Shown here piece by piece: positions 50,978 to 62,960 of a stretch of DNA of 64,000 nt (position 1 is the stretch's first letter; each line of letters starts with the position of its first letter). Source of the stretch: Leucoraja ocellata (taxonomy: Eukaryota); assembly GCA_036785375.1 (NCBI GenBank), contig JAWMAR010000489.1:1240001-1304000 (forward strand), in the 5' to 3' direction. The notes under the pieces are model-generated. The model saw nothing but the letters and a program-made list of their open reading frames with translations, searched no databases and was not told the origin of the DNA. The position numbers were made by a program, and so were the translations under genes.

Positions 50978-51495
50978 CTGGGGAAAATATACTATATTCA
51001 ATTCATATTCATTATTTTTAATTATTGGAAGACAAGATGATCAAAATGTAAACTCTGCAAACAACCCCTTGATTTTGTCTAGCACTTAAGATGAACAAAA
51101 TACACTTCCAATGGTGTGCACATTCCTGGGAGCAAATCTTGCTGAGAAAACAAGACCTTTAGCTTACATATTCACAAAATAAGGGGTCAGCCATTTAATA
51201 ATGAAAAGAAGAATTTCTTCTGACTGGCTTCCAAATCTTTGGAATTCTCTAATTGAGGGTACTATTGGGGCAGAAGCATTAAATAGACTTAATGAAATAC
51301 AATTTTCACTCTTAACAGGAAATCGGCCTCTTGATTAAGTGAGGAGACATAAATTATCTATTTGTAACAGAGACGGGTATACAAGGGATCTAAAATAGGT
51401 ATTTAAACAGGGTGTGAGCCAAGATAAACTGTTACAATTAACAGAGGGGCCAAGAACAATGGGGCATAGAATGGAAGTGACATCGATAGGACCAA

Positions 51496-51918
51496 GCGTA
51501 GGCTTAGCGATCGCCCAACACCTCCGCTCAGTTTGCAATAACCAATCTGATCGCCCAATGGCTCAGCACTTCAACACCCCCTCCCATTCCAAATACGACC
51601 TTTTTGTCCTGGGCCTCCTCCATGGCCAGAGTGAGTCCAACTGCAAATTGGAGGAGCAGCACCTCATATTTTGCTTGGGTAGTTTACACCCCAACGTTAT
51701 GAACATTGACCTTCAATTTCAGGTAGTCCTTGCTTTCTCCCTCTTTCCCCTCCCCAGCTCTCCCACAGCCCATGGTCTCCGCCTCTTCCTTTCTTCTTCC
51801 CGCTCCCCCCACCCCCACATCAGTCTGAAGAAGGGTCTCGACCCGAAACGTCACCTATTCCTTCGCTCCATAGATGCTGCCTCACCCGCTGAGTTACTCT
51901 GTATTGTGTCTACCTTCA
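51496..51918 (+). mobile_element. 5'-truncated Penelope-like retroelement: GIY-YIG endonuclease C-terminus plus pseudo-LTR
   Basis: QHLRSVCNNQSDRPMAQHFNTPSH...VLGLLH...KLEEQHLIFCLGSLHPNVMN (ORF 51414..51953); 10-bp direct repeat ATAGGACCAA at 51486-51495 and 51919-51928. Confidence 0.88.
51821..51856 (+). ncRNA. minimal type I hammerhead ribozyme motif of the Penelope element
   Basis: CUGAAGA (51825-31), extra A, stem II GGGUC/GACCC, GAAA (51845-48), palindromic stem III ACGU, predicted cleavage after GUC (51852). Stem I is only about 2 bp. Confidence 0.7.
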
Positions 51919-52328
51919 ATAGGACCAACATTACTTCTTTCAAAATACAGTGATTAAAGCCTTGGATGGTATGGGTGGTGGCTTAAACTGAAGCATTGAA
52001 ATGCTATTTCATCAAGTATCTGAAATCAAAGAATGTGCAGCGATGGGGAGGAGAACGTTGAAGCGTGGTGACTACTTGGATTGCTTTTGGATCAAGAGAG
52101 TATGGACATCATGGCCAGAATCTTGTGCTTCTGTGTCACAAACATTCCACGACCATTAAAGCAATGAATTTTCTACAATAAACCGGAGTTTTACAATCAG
52201 TTCTTAAGCCTTCCTTCTCTTCAATCCTTGTTCCCAATCATTGGGCAGTGCCATAAATGACCAATTACCTCAGAACATGTGACAATAATAAGCTAAATTG
52301 TTTTTTTTCAATAAAGAAATGCTCTCAC

Positions 52329-52540
52329 CTCATTGCAAGATGCTGCACGTGAGTGGACTTCATTGCAATTGCAGAGTTCACAGCCTGTTCCACTTGCCAG
52401 CTTCCAGGTATTAGGTGCGCAGTGATCACATGTTAAACCAACCACATTGGAAAGGCAAGGACATTGACCAGTGGTTTGATTGCAATGGCATTCATCTGCT
52501 GATGGGCACTGTATTGTGCCCAAGTAATTACAGACACACA
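52329..52540 (-). CDS. LAMB1: LAMB1 exon, LE repeats (CVCNYLGTIQCPSADECHCNQTTGQCPCLSNVVGLTCDHCAPNTWKLASGTGCELCNCNEVHSRAASCNE)
   Basis: ttttag acceptor, gtgaga donor; ORF 52308..52541. Confidence 0.95.
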
Positions 52541-52809
52541 CTAAAATTTAAATAAGAGACACACACTTATTACTTAAAGTCATATAAACTATACACAACA
52601 ATGCTAATGAGTTAATATTCTGAATAAATATAAAAAATAAATCTAGCTCAATGAAAATAAAGCATACTTTGGATAAGTTGTTTTTGACAATGTGGCAGTA
52701 AATTCAACTTGGCAACAGAAATCTGCACCTTGAAGTTCTATTCCAGATTTGATAAACTAATACAAACTTATGTTCCACGTAGATTCGCAAACGATATTAA
52801 ATGGCAGTA

Positions 52810-53638
52810 CTAATCAGAATCATACTTTATTAGCCAAGTATGTTCTGCACCATACAAGGAGTTTGATTTGCCATAGTCATACCAATAAAAAGCAACAAGA
52901 CATATAGAATGCATGTTAACATAAACATCCACCACAGTGACCCCTCCACATTCCTCACTGTGATGGAAGGCGAAAAAAATGTAAACCTCATCCGGATTCA
53001 GATTCAGATTCAGATTCAATTTTATTTGTCATTGTCATTGTCAGTGTACAGTACAGAGACAACGAAATGCATTTAGCATCCCCTCTTTGTCCTCCTGCAT
53101 TCGGGGTGTTCGAGCCTTCCGTTGACGGGACGATCTTGGCTCCCGTAGCCGGCGGTCGGGCCTCCATGTGGGGGCGATCAAGCTCCCGCATCGGGGGGGG
53201 GGGGGGGGGGGGGGGGGGCGGGGGATCTCAGCTCCCTCGTGCCGGGACGAACCTCCTGCGACATCAGTCTCTACCCGAGACTGCAAGCTCCTCGATGGTG
53301 AAATCCGCAGGCCACGGTTGGAGCGTCGATCCCAGGCAAGGGATCACAGGCTTTGATGTTAAGTCCACTGCCCTGCGGTGGGGCTCAAAGTCAGTCTCGA
53401 GCAAGGCCGCCAGCTCAATGATGTTAGGCCGCAGAGCGACCGGAGATAGGATCCGGAAAACAAATCGCGATTGCATCTCCAGCAAGGTAAGAGATTAAAA
53501 AAAGTTTCCCCTAACCCCCCTCCCCCACATAAAACAAACCAGAGAACATTAACACATACTTTAAAAACACACTGAAAATATCCAAAAAGACGAAAAGACA
53601 GACAGTTGGCGAGGCCGCCATTGCTGACGGCGCCACCC
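52810..53638 (-). mobile_element. GC-rich non-coding retroelement with Rex-like 3' tail, carrying a nested LINE tail (52994-53080)
   Basis: Starts GGGTGGCGCCGTCAGCAATGGCGGCCTCGCCAAC on - strand; ends AATAAAGTATGATTCTGATT; long G-run at about 53193-53218. Confidence 0.65.
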
Positions 53639-55863
53639 AATATTCCAGTAGAGCATAAATAATACCCATCATTCAATAATCACCAAAAACAAAGTGACAT
53701 TATTCAACTGAAGAGTCCTTTGTGCAACGACCATACTTCAAAAGTAGTTAACACAATGTGAAATTCTATCTTGTAAACTGATATTATTTGGGGAAAAGAA
53801 CAAAAACCCATAATGGAGTGAAATCATTAATTATTCTGTGGAGAAAGTCAGGGTTATTACAGAGCTATAAAGCCCACGGATACTTAAAAAAAATACAAAA
53901 TACTGATCCACCTTAAAATCCAAAACAAATTACGACCTATTTGTTATGCAGGCTAAATAAATTGACACATAAAAAACATTTGCTTGAGTGGTTTTATCTC
54001 ATTCTAATGTTACAACCACCTTCCGCTCTACTCCCTGGTTTATGTCCTGGGGGTTTTAGTTGGTGCACTGTGTCCCCTTTGCCCTTTCTCCACAATGGTC
54101 ACAGAGCTGTATGAACATAGCCACTCTGCTATGAATTACAGATTGCAATTCTGTGAAGATCATTCAGATTCTTACCATTAAAGGAAAGAGAATGGACACA
54201 CAAATAAAAATTAATTTAATCTGAAAAATGACTAAATCTCAATTGCTGCTGGTGAACAGTAACTCCAGCTTTCATTTTAATTACTTTGTTCTTTAATCAA
54301 AGGAAGCCCAGGAATCCCTCAATTGCCTTTGATTAGTTAAACAAAAACAAATCAATTGCTGCAGAACGATCAGCAGGAGAGCCACTGGCCAGGAATGCTT
54401 TCAAATATTTTACCATTGTACTGAGGTTTTAAAATCATTCGTGTTTATTGTCAACCAAGTTAACATTTGCCAAGGAATGTGCAACCACAGGGAACAAACA
54501 TATTGATCTGGTGATAAAAATCAAAGGAATGCTGTAAATCTGACCCAAGGGGGTAAAAAGGTATCCTCATTCCATTGGGAAATTCAGATGATTTAACAGG
54601 GATAATTAAAAACTCCATTATAAAGAAAAGATGAAAATAAAACTACGAGTACATATTTGGAGCATCTCCATGTCTACAGTTTTTGTTTAATTAATGAGGG
54701 TGGGCTTATTACTTGTCAATTTTAACAGCACGAACTACTAAATGTTAACTATCAGGAGAGCCGATTCCCCCCATGCCATTTATTCTTAACACCTGCTGTG
54801 TTGAAGATTATCCAGAACAAAGGACAGGATATCAAAAACACACGACTGGGTGTTACCTTACATTTCACTCAAAAGAAAAAGACTAGAATTTAAAAGGAGT
54901 TTCTCTCAATCTCTGAATGCTTCATATGCATTGTAGGCAAGGAAAGGCAGCAAGCAGCAAGCAGCAAGCAAACCAACACTGCAGTGTAATCATCAAATGG
55001 AAATTCGATTTTAAGTGGTGTTTAACTGAAAGAATTCACACATTCCCTAAAGGAGAAGTTTGGGATATTTTATCTTCATCTCAGAGGGTAAATGGGAAAA
55101 CCTCTATTTACCATCTTAAATGAAAGACAAGACATCTCACAATGCAGCATTCTCAACACAGCACTTTTTTTTGTGCTTGTGCCTCAGGACGGGAGTATGT
55201 GAACACCTTCAAAAGGTCGATATAGCTGTGAAGCATAACCAACATCTAAAAGAGAAGTATTATTGGAAACCTTATTTAGTTCCGAGCCAACCACAACCTG
55301 AACTCAAGTGATGAAATAATCAATTATTTTCAGATTGTTTTTCCTTTAATACTAAGATTGCCAAATTGTCACTGACTTCTGCTTTTTTTGCCAATGCAGC
55401 AAACCTCTAATCTTATCCAAAATTAGAGCATGCATGTACATTTAAAACAACCACGCTGATGTTAATCTGCCACATATGCTCCAGGTGGTTAAATCTTTCA
55501 CAAAGTGTAAACAGACCAAAGCGAGCACAAATGAAACCACGCATTATACCAACAGGTGACACAACATAAAGGGTTGAATAATGCCTAAATGGATGAGAAG
55601 GCATACTAAAGATCAGAACTGCCACAAACAGATATTGTGAGCCAAAATAAATACAGAAGGATGTTGCAAATACCGATAAACTATTAACCTGAACTAACTT
55701 ATTTCCTATCAGAGATGCTGTGGAGACTAGCATTTCCAGCATTTCCTATTTTTGAACATATTGGAGCCTTTAAAAGTAGTGTAAATATACAAGAGATAAA
55801 ATGCAAAATCTATTCCATAATTATCAATTTTGTGTGGTTTACAAAATGTTTTGTGTATCTTAC

Positions 55864-56088
55864 TTATGCAGTTCTGTTGCACTGCATTCCCATAATAGCC
55901 AGGCTTGCAGAGGTTGCAGTGTTCACCCTCGGTATGATACAGACATTTTAGACACTCTCCAGTTCGCTTGTCACAGGACTGGGGGTCAGTCACATCGATG
56001 TTGTTGTTGCATTGACACCCCTGACAATACCCTCTGGTCTCATTAGGGTTACCATAAAACCCAGATGCACATTCATCACATCTAGCCC
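55864..56088 (-). CDS. LAMB1: LAMB1 exon, LE repeats (GARCDECASGFYGNP...CKPGYYGNAVQQNCI)
   Basis: tgacag acceptor, gtaaga donor; ORF 55727..56188. Confidence 0.95.
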
Positions 56089-56189
56089 CTGTCAAGGTAA
56101 AAGCATTAAATTGTAAAAGAAGGGAAAAACACACCTTGTAGTTACATGGAAACAGACAGCTGATGTTAATCCTGAACAGTACCATCATT

Positions 56190-56367
56190 ACATTTTTGCA
56201 TTTCTTTCATTCATTGCTCTTTATCTCTCCACATCACCGTTTACATCTCTTGTTTGCCATATCTCTAACCAGTCTGAAGAAGGGTCTCGACCCTAAACGT
56301 CATCCATTCCTTCTCTCCAGAGATGCTGCCTGCCCCGCTGAGTTACTCCAGCTTTTTGTGGCTATCA
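56190..56367 (+). mobile_element. Penelope-derived hammerhead repeat with pyrimidine-rich 5' part, in a 403-nt LAMB1 intron
   Basis: cagtctgaagaagggtctcgaccctaaacgtcatccattcc...gctgagttactccagc. Confidence 0.8.
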
Positions 56368-56491
56368 ATGTTTTAAAAAACTTGGATATTGAAATATTAA
56401 GATCCAATGGGTTAGACTTAATACAACATCCGTATTAGAATGGATGACCAACATAAACTAACAATCACCTTTTAAAAAATTAAAAACATAC

Positions 56492-56655
56492 CTGTGTATC
56501 CATTTTGACAAAGGCAAACAATATTGAGGGTATAAGGATCCTGGTAACAGCCAGTGGCAAACTGCCGTTGACTATCTGGTCCATCTGGGCAGGGGCATGG
56601 GCGGCAATGGTCACCTGACCCAAGTACAGGGTCCCCGTAATAACCCGTCATACAG
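56492..56655 (-). CDS. LAMB1: LAMB1 exon ([54 protein letters not shown])
   Basis: cttatag acceptor, gtatgt donor; [15 protein letters not shown] identical to LAMB1. Confidence 0.95.
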
Positions 56656-56761
56656 CTATAAGAGACAACAACATTTTACCGAGAGCTGTTCAGTTACATG
56701 AGCTGCAAGAAATTTTACCCAAGGTGATGAAGGCCATAAAACTAATCAAGACGGTCAATAC

Positions 56762-56993
56762 CTCTCACAGTTCTGTCCACTGGTATGATCTCTGCAGTTC
56801 AGACATTCACCGGTTTCCAAGTCACAATGATCTGCATGCCCATTGCAATGACATGGGTGGCAAATAGGAAATCCCCAAAACCCAGGCTGACACTGGTCAC
56901 ATCTTCGACCATAGACTCCTTCCTTACACTCACACTGGCCAGTGGCATGATGGCAAAATTCATTGACAGAACCTTCTGGATTACAGTCACATG
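56762..56993 (-). CDS. LAMB1: LAMB1 exon, LE repeats ([76 protein letters not shown])
   Basis: tttttag acceptor, gtattg donor; ORF 56755..57015. Confidence 0.95.
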
Positions 56994-57980
56994 CTAAAAA
57001 TAAAAAAAGGTACAATTACAAATGGATGACTGTTAATTTGAACTGAACAGCAAATGCATTTTAATGAACTAAATTTTACAATGAAATGCAAAGTGGAATA
57101 ATAGAAATCTCTGTATGAAATCTCAGGCACATCTACTTGGGTGAGCTGTTGCAATATATTTTTCCACTGTTACATGGCATTAATCCACTTCTCCAGGGGA
57201 TGGTCTCAAAAAGACCTGGTTAAATCCTTGGAATGTTGGAGGTAAAGGCAAAATTGTGAAAATAACAGAAATAATAAGAGAAACAAAAAAAATCAAATAT
57301 TTGTTCTTAAATAGAATCTTTATATTTGCTTCAAAGCATAAAACAATTGATTATCTGCCAAATTAGAACATTGCAGCTGTAACTAAAATAGTGGTCAAGT
57401 TTCTAACTTTATAAAGAGAGGGGGAGTTAGAGAAGAATTACACAACAAAGCTGTCTGAGAGAACATCTGCCAATAAAGATGAGAAGGAGGGATGAGTTCC
57501 TATGTTGGAACAATGAAAGCTTCTTGGGGAGATAAATAGCTCTAAGGGAAGGCAAAACTTTAGCATAAGAATTGGAGGCATTGTAGGGCAGAGTAATGCA
57601 AATTAGACAAGAGAGCAATAAAAGATGAATAAGGACCCAATTTGGAAATATGTCACTGGATGGCAAATATTCTATCAGATACGATAGCAGCATTTGAGAG
57701 GCTTTTCGAAAGGTGCATGGCAGACAATTACAATTAGTTTATCCTGGCCCGTTCCTGTGCTGTCCTGTTCTACATTTTATGTTCTTAATGGGGAAAATTA
57801 TATAGGTTTTTATTCAATAAAATATGCATTTATGCCCACTGCTGCCATGGGCACCGATCAATAATTTTGCTTAAACTAAACGGCTTGCCAGAAAACATAA
57901 AAGTTGAGAATTGATCAGCAGTTGAAATTTAAAAAAAAATAGCACTTGATAGAAATCCAAAACACAAAGCATATTGGAAG

Positions 57981-58105
57981 AATGAAGAAGGGGTTCGACC
58001 CAAAACGTTGCCCATTTCCTTCGCTCCATAGATGCTGCCTCACCCGCTGAGTTTCTCCAGCATTTTTGTCTACCTTCGATTTTCCAGCATCTGCAGTTCC
58101 TTCTT
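57981..58105 (+). mobile_element. Penelope-derived hammerhead repeat with 14-bp TSD
   Basis: AAGCATATTGGAAG at 57967-57980 and 58106-58119; core tgaagaaggggttcgacccaaaacgttgcc. Confidence 0.85.
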
Positions 58106-60116
58106 AAGCATATTGGAAGTGTTCAGCAGTTCAGGCAACATCAGTAGATAGAAAACAATTTTAAAACATCAGTTCCATGTGGCTGACTGACACTGCTCCA
58201 CGTCTCAGCACTTCCAGCATTGTTTGTATTAAGAATTGACAATATTGGCGAGAGTCTGGGGTCACATACCTGGCTCTAGAGCAGAATTATCTTTCTGTAA
58301 AGGCAACAATTTACTAGAAGAATTCGCCTGACAGTTTCATTGCCTCACTGCTGATAGTAGTTTTTTTTCCAAAATTGCATTAAATTAGCAATACACCAGC
58401 TGCGAATCTGAACATGCTTCAGTCCAGACATCTGGCCTACTTGCCCAGTTGTTTAATCACTATCAACCTGATATTGGTGAATAGGTGATCATAAACAATC
58501 ATGGTATTAGACTTAGCCAATGCCTTTTTCTATTATATTCTTCAAGTTAACGTTAGAAAAAAGCTAGGATCAAATACAAAGCTTGGCTTGTGGAGCAAAA
58601 GGAAAAAAAAAGGTGTTTTTTTTAAATATCCAACTTTAATCCACACTGGATTTCCAATTTTCTGGAAACTGAACAGATAAAATGCTGGTTTGTAGCAGGA
58701 ACAGAATTCTCACATTGTAAAGACGTCTTTGATTCCAACATTTTGAGAAAAAAGATAAATAGCTCATCTTTGAAATAATTCGCACAAGGAAGAATATGCA
58801 GCTTTCCATTGGTGAATTCACTTCTACATGGTCTCATTGCCAAATTGCTTTCTCCATTATGCATTTATGCATACAGAATTTAGTTGCAAATGGTGCAAAT
58901 ATTAATGTTCAGGCAGTTTATTTTAGATATAGATCTCCATTTTAACATTTTCTAATTTTTACAGGGATTAGAATTAAGTTGATTAAGAATGGCCTACTCC
59001 TGCACCTATTTTTCTATGTTTCTATCCAGAAATCTATTTGAAATTAACTAATTGACCAGAGGATGTAGAAATATGAATAGGAATCAGAGGGGTAACTTTT
59101 TCACCCAAAGTGTGGTGGGTTTATAGAACAACTGCCAGATGAGGTAGCTGAGAAAGGGACTATTGCAATGATTAAGAAACAATTAGCCAGGTACATGGAT
59201 TTCCACACTGTACAACTATAAGTAAGGAATTATTTCCTCATCGCCAATTGGTCTCTCCAGATTTGTGACTGAGACACCTCAGCCTGGTGTCCAGGATTTT
59301 TAAAGTTTAATTGAATTCTCGGATGTTCATTTTAAAACAACTAAAGAGGCCTATCAAGTCAACCTCTCATTAAACTAGACATCTTGTTACCTCATTTAAA
59401 TCTTGTTACCACATAGGCTAAAGCACCATTTACTTTCTCACCACTTACTGCATCAGCACTGAGGACTTTTGTGACGTGTACAAGCAGACCTAGATCCCTA
59501 GAAACATCTATAATGTAAAATTTCTCTGGTTAAAAAATATTCTGCTTATTCTTATTTATGCATTAAATACACGGGAGCCAGTAACAAACTTAATTAACAT
59601 AACAAAAATACACTCCCTCAACTTCCTTAAACTAAGAAGGCATAGCAAATGCCTGGAACTTCTCTTATTCACTCGGTTTATAATGTATAACGATCTTTCA
59701 CTGTCTTTTAATGAAGTAATCAACTAACCTTTGAAATATTTGCTGTATTTTGATCATGGGTTTTGCTTGTAACTCTTTGAATGTATTTTTAGAGATTCTT
59801 TGCTTTAAATAAACTTTTGATGGTGGACCTCCTGCAAGCCCTACCTTGCCTTCATCCCATGGACCAAAAGCATGGAGGTCAGTAGACACTGACAAGAATA
59901 AAGTATCAAATCATTTGAATCAACATGTAATGCCAGAATGGTCACTAAAACAGTTTCCAGAAATTTTGGAAAGTACTTTTTTTCTTCACAGCAAGAGCAA
60001 AAAGGCAGCAAAATGTGAATAAAAGCCAAAAGTAATATTTTTCCAAACATACAAGAAAATATTAAAGTGCAGAAGAATTAACTACCAAATGTACCACCTT
60101 GATAAGCCCTACTTAC

Positions 60117-60260
60117 GTCTGCAGCCACTAGGGCCAAACCCATAAGTGGCAGGAGCACATCGATCACAGTTTCGGCCGACTACATTGGAACGACACTGGC
60201 ACTGTCCACCATTTGAATTACAGATAGAACTGAGAGAGCCTTGAGGGTCACAATTGCATG
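60117..60260 (-). CDS. LAMB1: LAMB1 exon, LE repeat ([47 protein letters not shown])
   Basis: ctcctcag acceptor, gtaagt donor; ORF 60109..60333. Confidence 0.96.
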
Positions 60261-61596
60261 CTGAGGAGACAACAAACATTAGAATCTGATAGCATAAGGA
60301 AATTATCACATCCAAATCCTCAATTAAACACACTGTTTGAAAAGGAGCAGCTCCAATCTATACCACTGTGTCCTGATCCCAAGTTAATAACCTCCAAACC
60401 AATTCAAAACCCAGAAGGAAACAAAGGATTCCCTTAGAACCCAGATGATGAGCCTTGCACTCGGCAGCTTTACAGCAGCACAGAACAGTGGAGACTTTAT
60501 GGGCTTCTGAGGAAATGTATCACTTTTCTCTTTCCCTTCCCATTATTTCAATCAAATTTTACTTGGCCTCAGGCATGGAATTTGAAGTGCTACTTGAAGA
60601 GCTAAGTATTTAAACAAAAACCTTTACAGACCAAATTTACATACCTCCTCAAAGCATTCCTCAAGAGTCATGACCCATAACTTTTAAACTGTGCTCTTTC
60701 ATTGAACACTGATAAAGCATCCCATTAAAACATCTGAATATTTCCTCACTAATGATGTCAGAGTATCTAGCCATGTCCTCAACTCAAGTTTAACTTCTTG
60801 TTAACTACACAAATCATTGACAACTTTCAATTTAAGAAATGACACAAAACTAACAACCATGCTGACAAAACCTTTTTAGAATTCAAAATGCCCCCCCCCC
60901 CCCCAATAGCACTGACATCAAGAAATAAACACAATGAAAAAATGTGTTTATTCCGCATCACCACAGAATAAAATTCTGCTACAAAATTCTTTGACCACAT
61001 TGGTAAGAATTTGTAAAATACTTTTACAGAATAATGGAATTTTCACAAAGGGATGGGGTGGCCTTTTCTGCCCACCTTAAGCATCTTCAAACATTGACCC
61101 AATTTTCTTCTTTATACAAGCACTGACCAGCAATCTGCAGTGATGCATTTCACAATGTTGTAACCCTTTGAAAATAATTTAGTCTAGATCTCCCTTTTCA
61201 TTTCCAGTACCAACAACATAACTTAATCGTCTGACCTCAGATTCGGTGACCAACTGAAATAAATCTTACATTATTTGCTCTTTCTCACCTTTAAACAATT
61301 TTCAAGTCTTAGTTACATCTGCTCTAATCCACAGAGATTTGTACAGGTTAATTTTACACCATTAACGCATCCTATGTTAAATTAGATATCAGAGATATAT
61401 TTTCAATGTCCAAGCATCCTTTCTATGACAGCATTGCCCAAACTTCATTCAGTGCTCTAGCTGCAATTTAACCACATTGGATAATTCGTATGGCTATCCC
61501 CACCACCCTAAATGTAAGCAATGTTCCAACATTGTTCAGATGATATTTTTATACGAGCAGTCCACCAGATCCCTCATGAAGTTTAAATAGGCTTAC

Positions 61597-61798
61597 GCAA
61601 AGCTCCTTCATGGATTATAGAAGAAATGCTGGAAAGAATGCCTCTGCAGACATCAGTCATTGGAGTCTTGGTAACACTTTGACTGCTCTCTAAGCAGCGG
61701 TACCGCTGGAAGGTATCCCATATGCTATTTGTGATAATCTCGCCCGATTCTCCTGTAGAGAATATATCCAAAGACCTGCAGTGGGGCATGAGTACGAG
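61597..61798 (-). CDS. LAMB1: LAMB1 exon, LF domain end (LVLMPHCRSLDIFSTGESGEIITNSIWDTFQRYRCLESSQSVTKTPMTDVCRGILSSISSIIHEGAL)
   Basis: ccccag acceptor, gtaagc donor; ORF 61583..61789. Confidence 0.95.
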
Positions 61799-61829
61799 CT
61801 GGGGAGAAAAACATTGTCAGTTGGTGAGA

Positions 61830-62280
61830 AAACATGAAATCATCCACCTTTGCAGGAAGCATCAAAGGTGCATATTATCTAAAATAATATGTGCAGGACT
61901 CTTGAGACGCAGAGATCTGCGTGCCTTGGTGCATGATTTAGAGGCAACAGTAATTGTAACAGTAATCTGCAGCAATCATAAAAGGTAAAAAAAAATCTTT
62001 AATTTAATGAGAAAAAAACTTATGCTACAATTACATGAGGCAACTGTGAGACCTCCTCTTGAATACTATATATTGTATTGGTCTCCTTATTTAAGCATTT
62101 CATATGTTTTTTTCGTCTGACATTTGGAATTAGCAGCATGTTTTATAACAGAAGCCTATCCTGCCCAATCTTCCATATGCTGGAGGTTTTGAGTGAAAGG
62201 ATAGTCTAAAACACAAAATTCTCATGGGTCTTGACTTGGAGGAAGCGAGGACATTTTTTCTCCACCAGGAGAATCTAGAA
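61830..62280 (+). mobile_element. highly degraded CR1 fragment followed by a Rex-like tail (about 62290-62425)
   Basis: MLQLHEATVRPPLEYYILYWSPYL resembles CR1 LYKxLVRPHLEYCVQFWSP; tail aataaactggccttgaaaccttga. Confidence 0.6.
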
Positions 62281-62960
62281 CTGAATCGCTAGTTATGTTA
62301 TGTTACATTTTATTTTATGTGGCTGTGTGGCTTGTTATTTTTCACTTAGTATGGCTGTATGGCAACTCAAATGTCATTGTACCTTAATTGGTACATGTGA
62401 CAATAAACTGGCCTTGAAACCTTGAACAATGAGGTCACATTGAAAAAAGCAGAGGCAATTTTTTCAAAAAAGTGGGGAAAAAAAGTATTTGAACAGTTTA
62501 TAGTGCAGATATAGATTCTAGATTTAAGGACAGTGGGTGAAGGCAGAAATGTGGAGTTAAAGTTACTATCAGCCAGTGCCCTACCAATGGCACAGCAAGT
62601 TCTTGGGCTGAGTAACCTTCTCCTAATTCACACCTTAGCTCCCAAAATCTGTTTTTTTTTAAACTACAAAGCAAAAAAAAAAAAAAACTTCTACTTTTTG
62701 CAGTTAGAAGCTAAAGTAACATTAGTCTCCATGCATGATGTTTAAAATGAAAAAGTAGAATATGGGCATACAAATGATAAAAATCTATTCATTTCAGTAA
62801 TATCCACATCAGTGAACACTCAATAATTACATAAAATTGTGTTTGTAATTCGTGGCTCACTTCCAAAGATAGTGAGACCCAAACATTGAAGAATTATATT
62901 AATTAGACTTGCACTCTATTGAATGGATGTTTCCAATGTTGCAATCTTAGTTATACGTAC

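Noticed and set aside
53041-53676. Cluster of ORFs with poly-Gly/poly-Pro
   Set aside because: Arise from a G-run within the GC-rich repeat 52810-53638.
2405-58119. Recurring repeat read as a CRISPR array or tRNA-derived SINE
   Set aside because: Copies are dispersed with individual TSDs, with no regular spacers, no cas genes and no Pol III A/B boxes; one copy is joined to a Penelope ORF.
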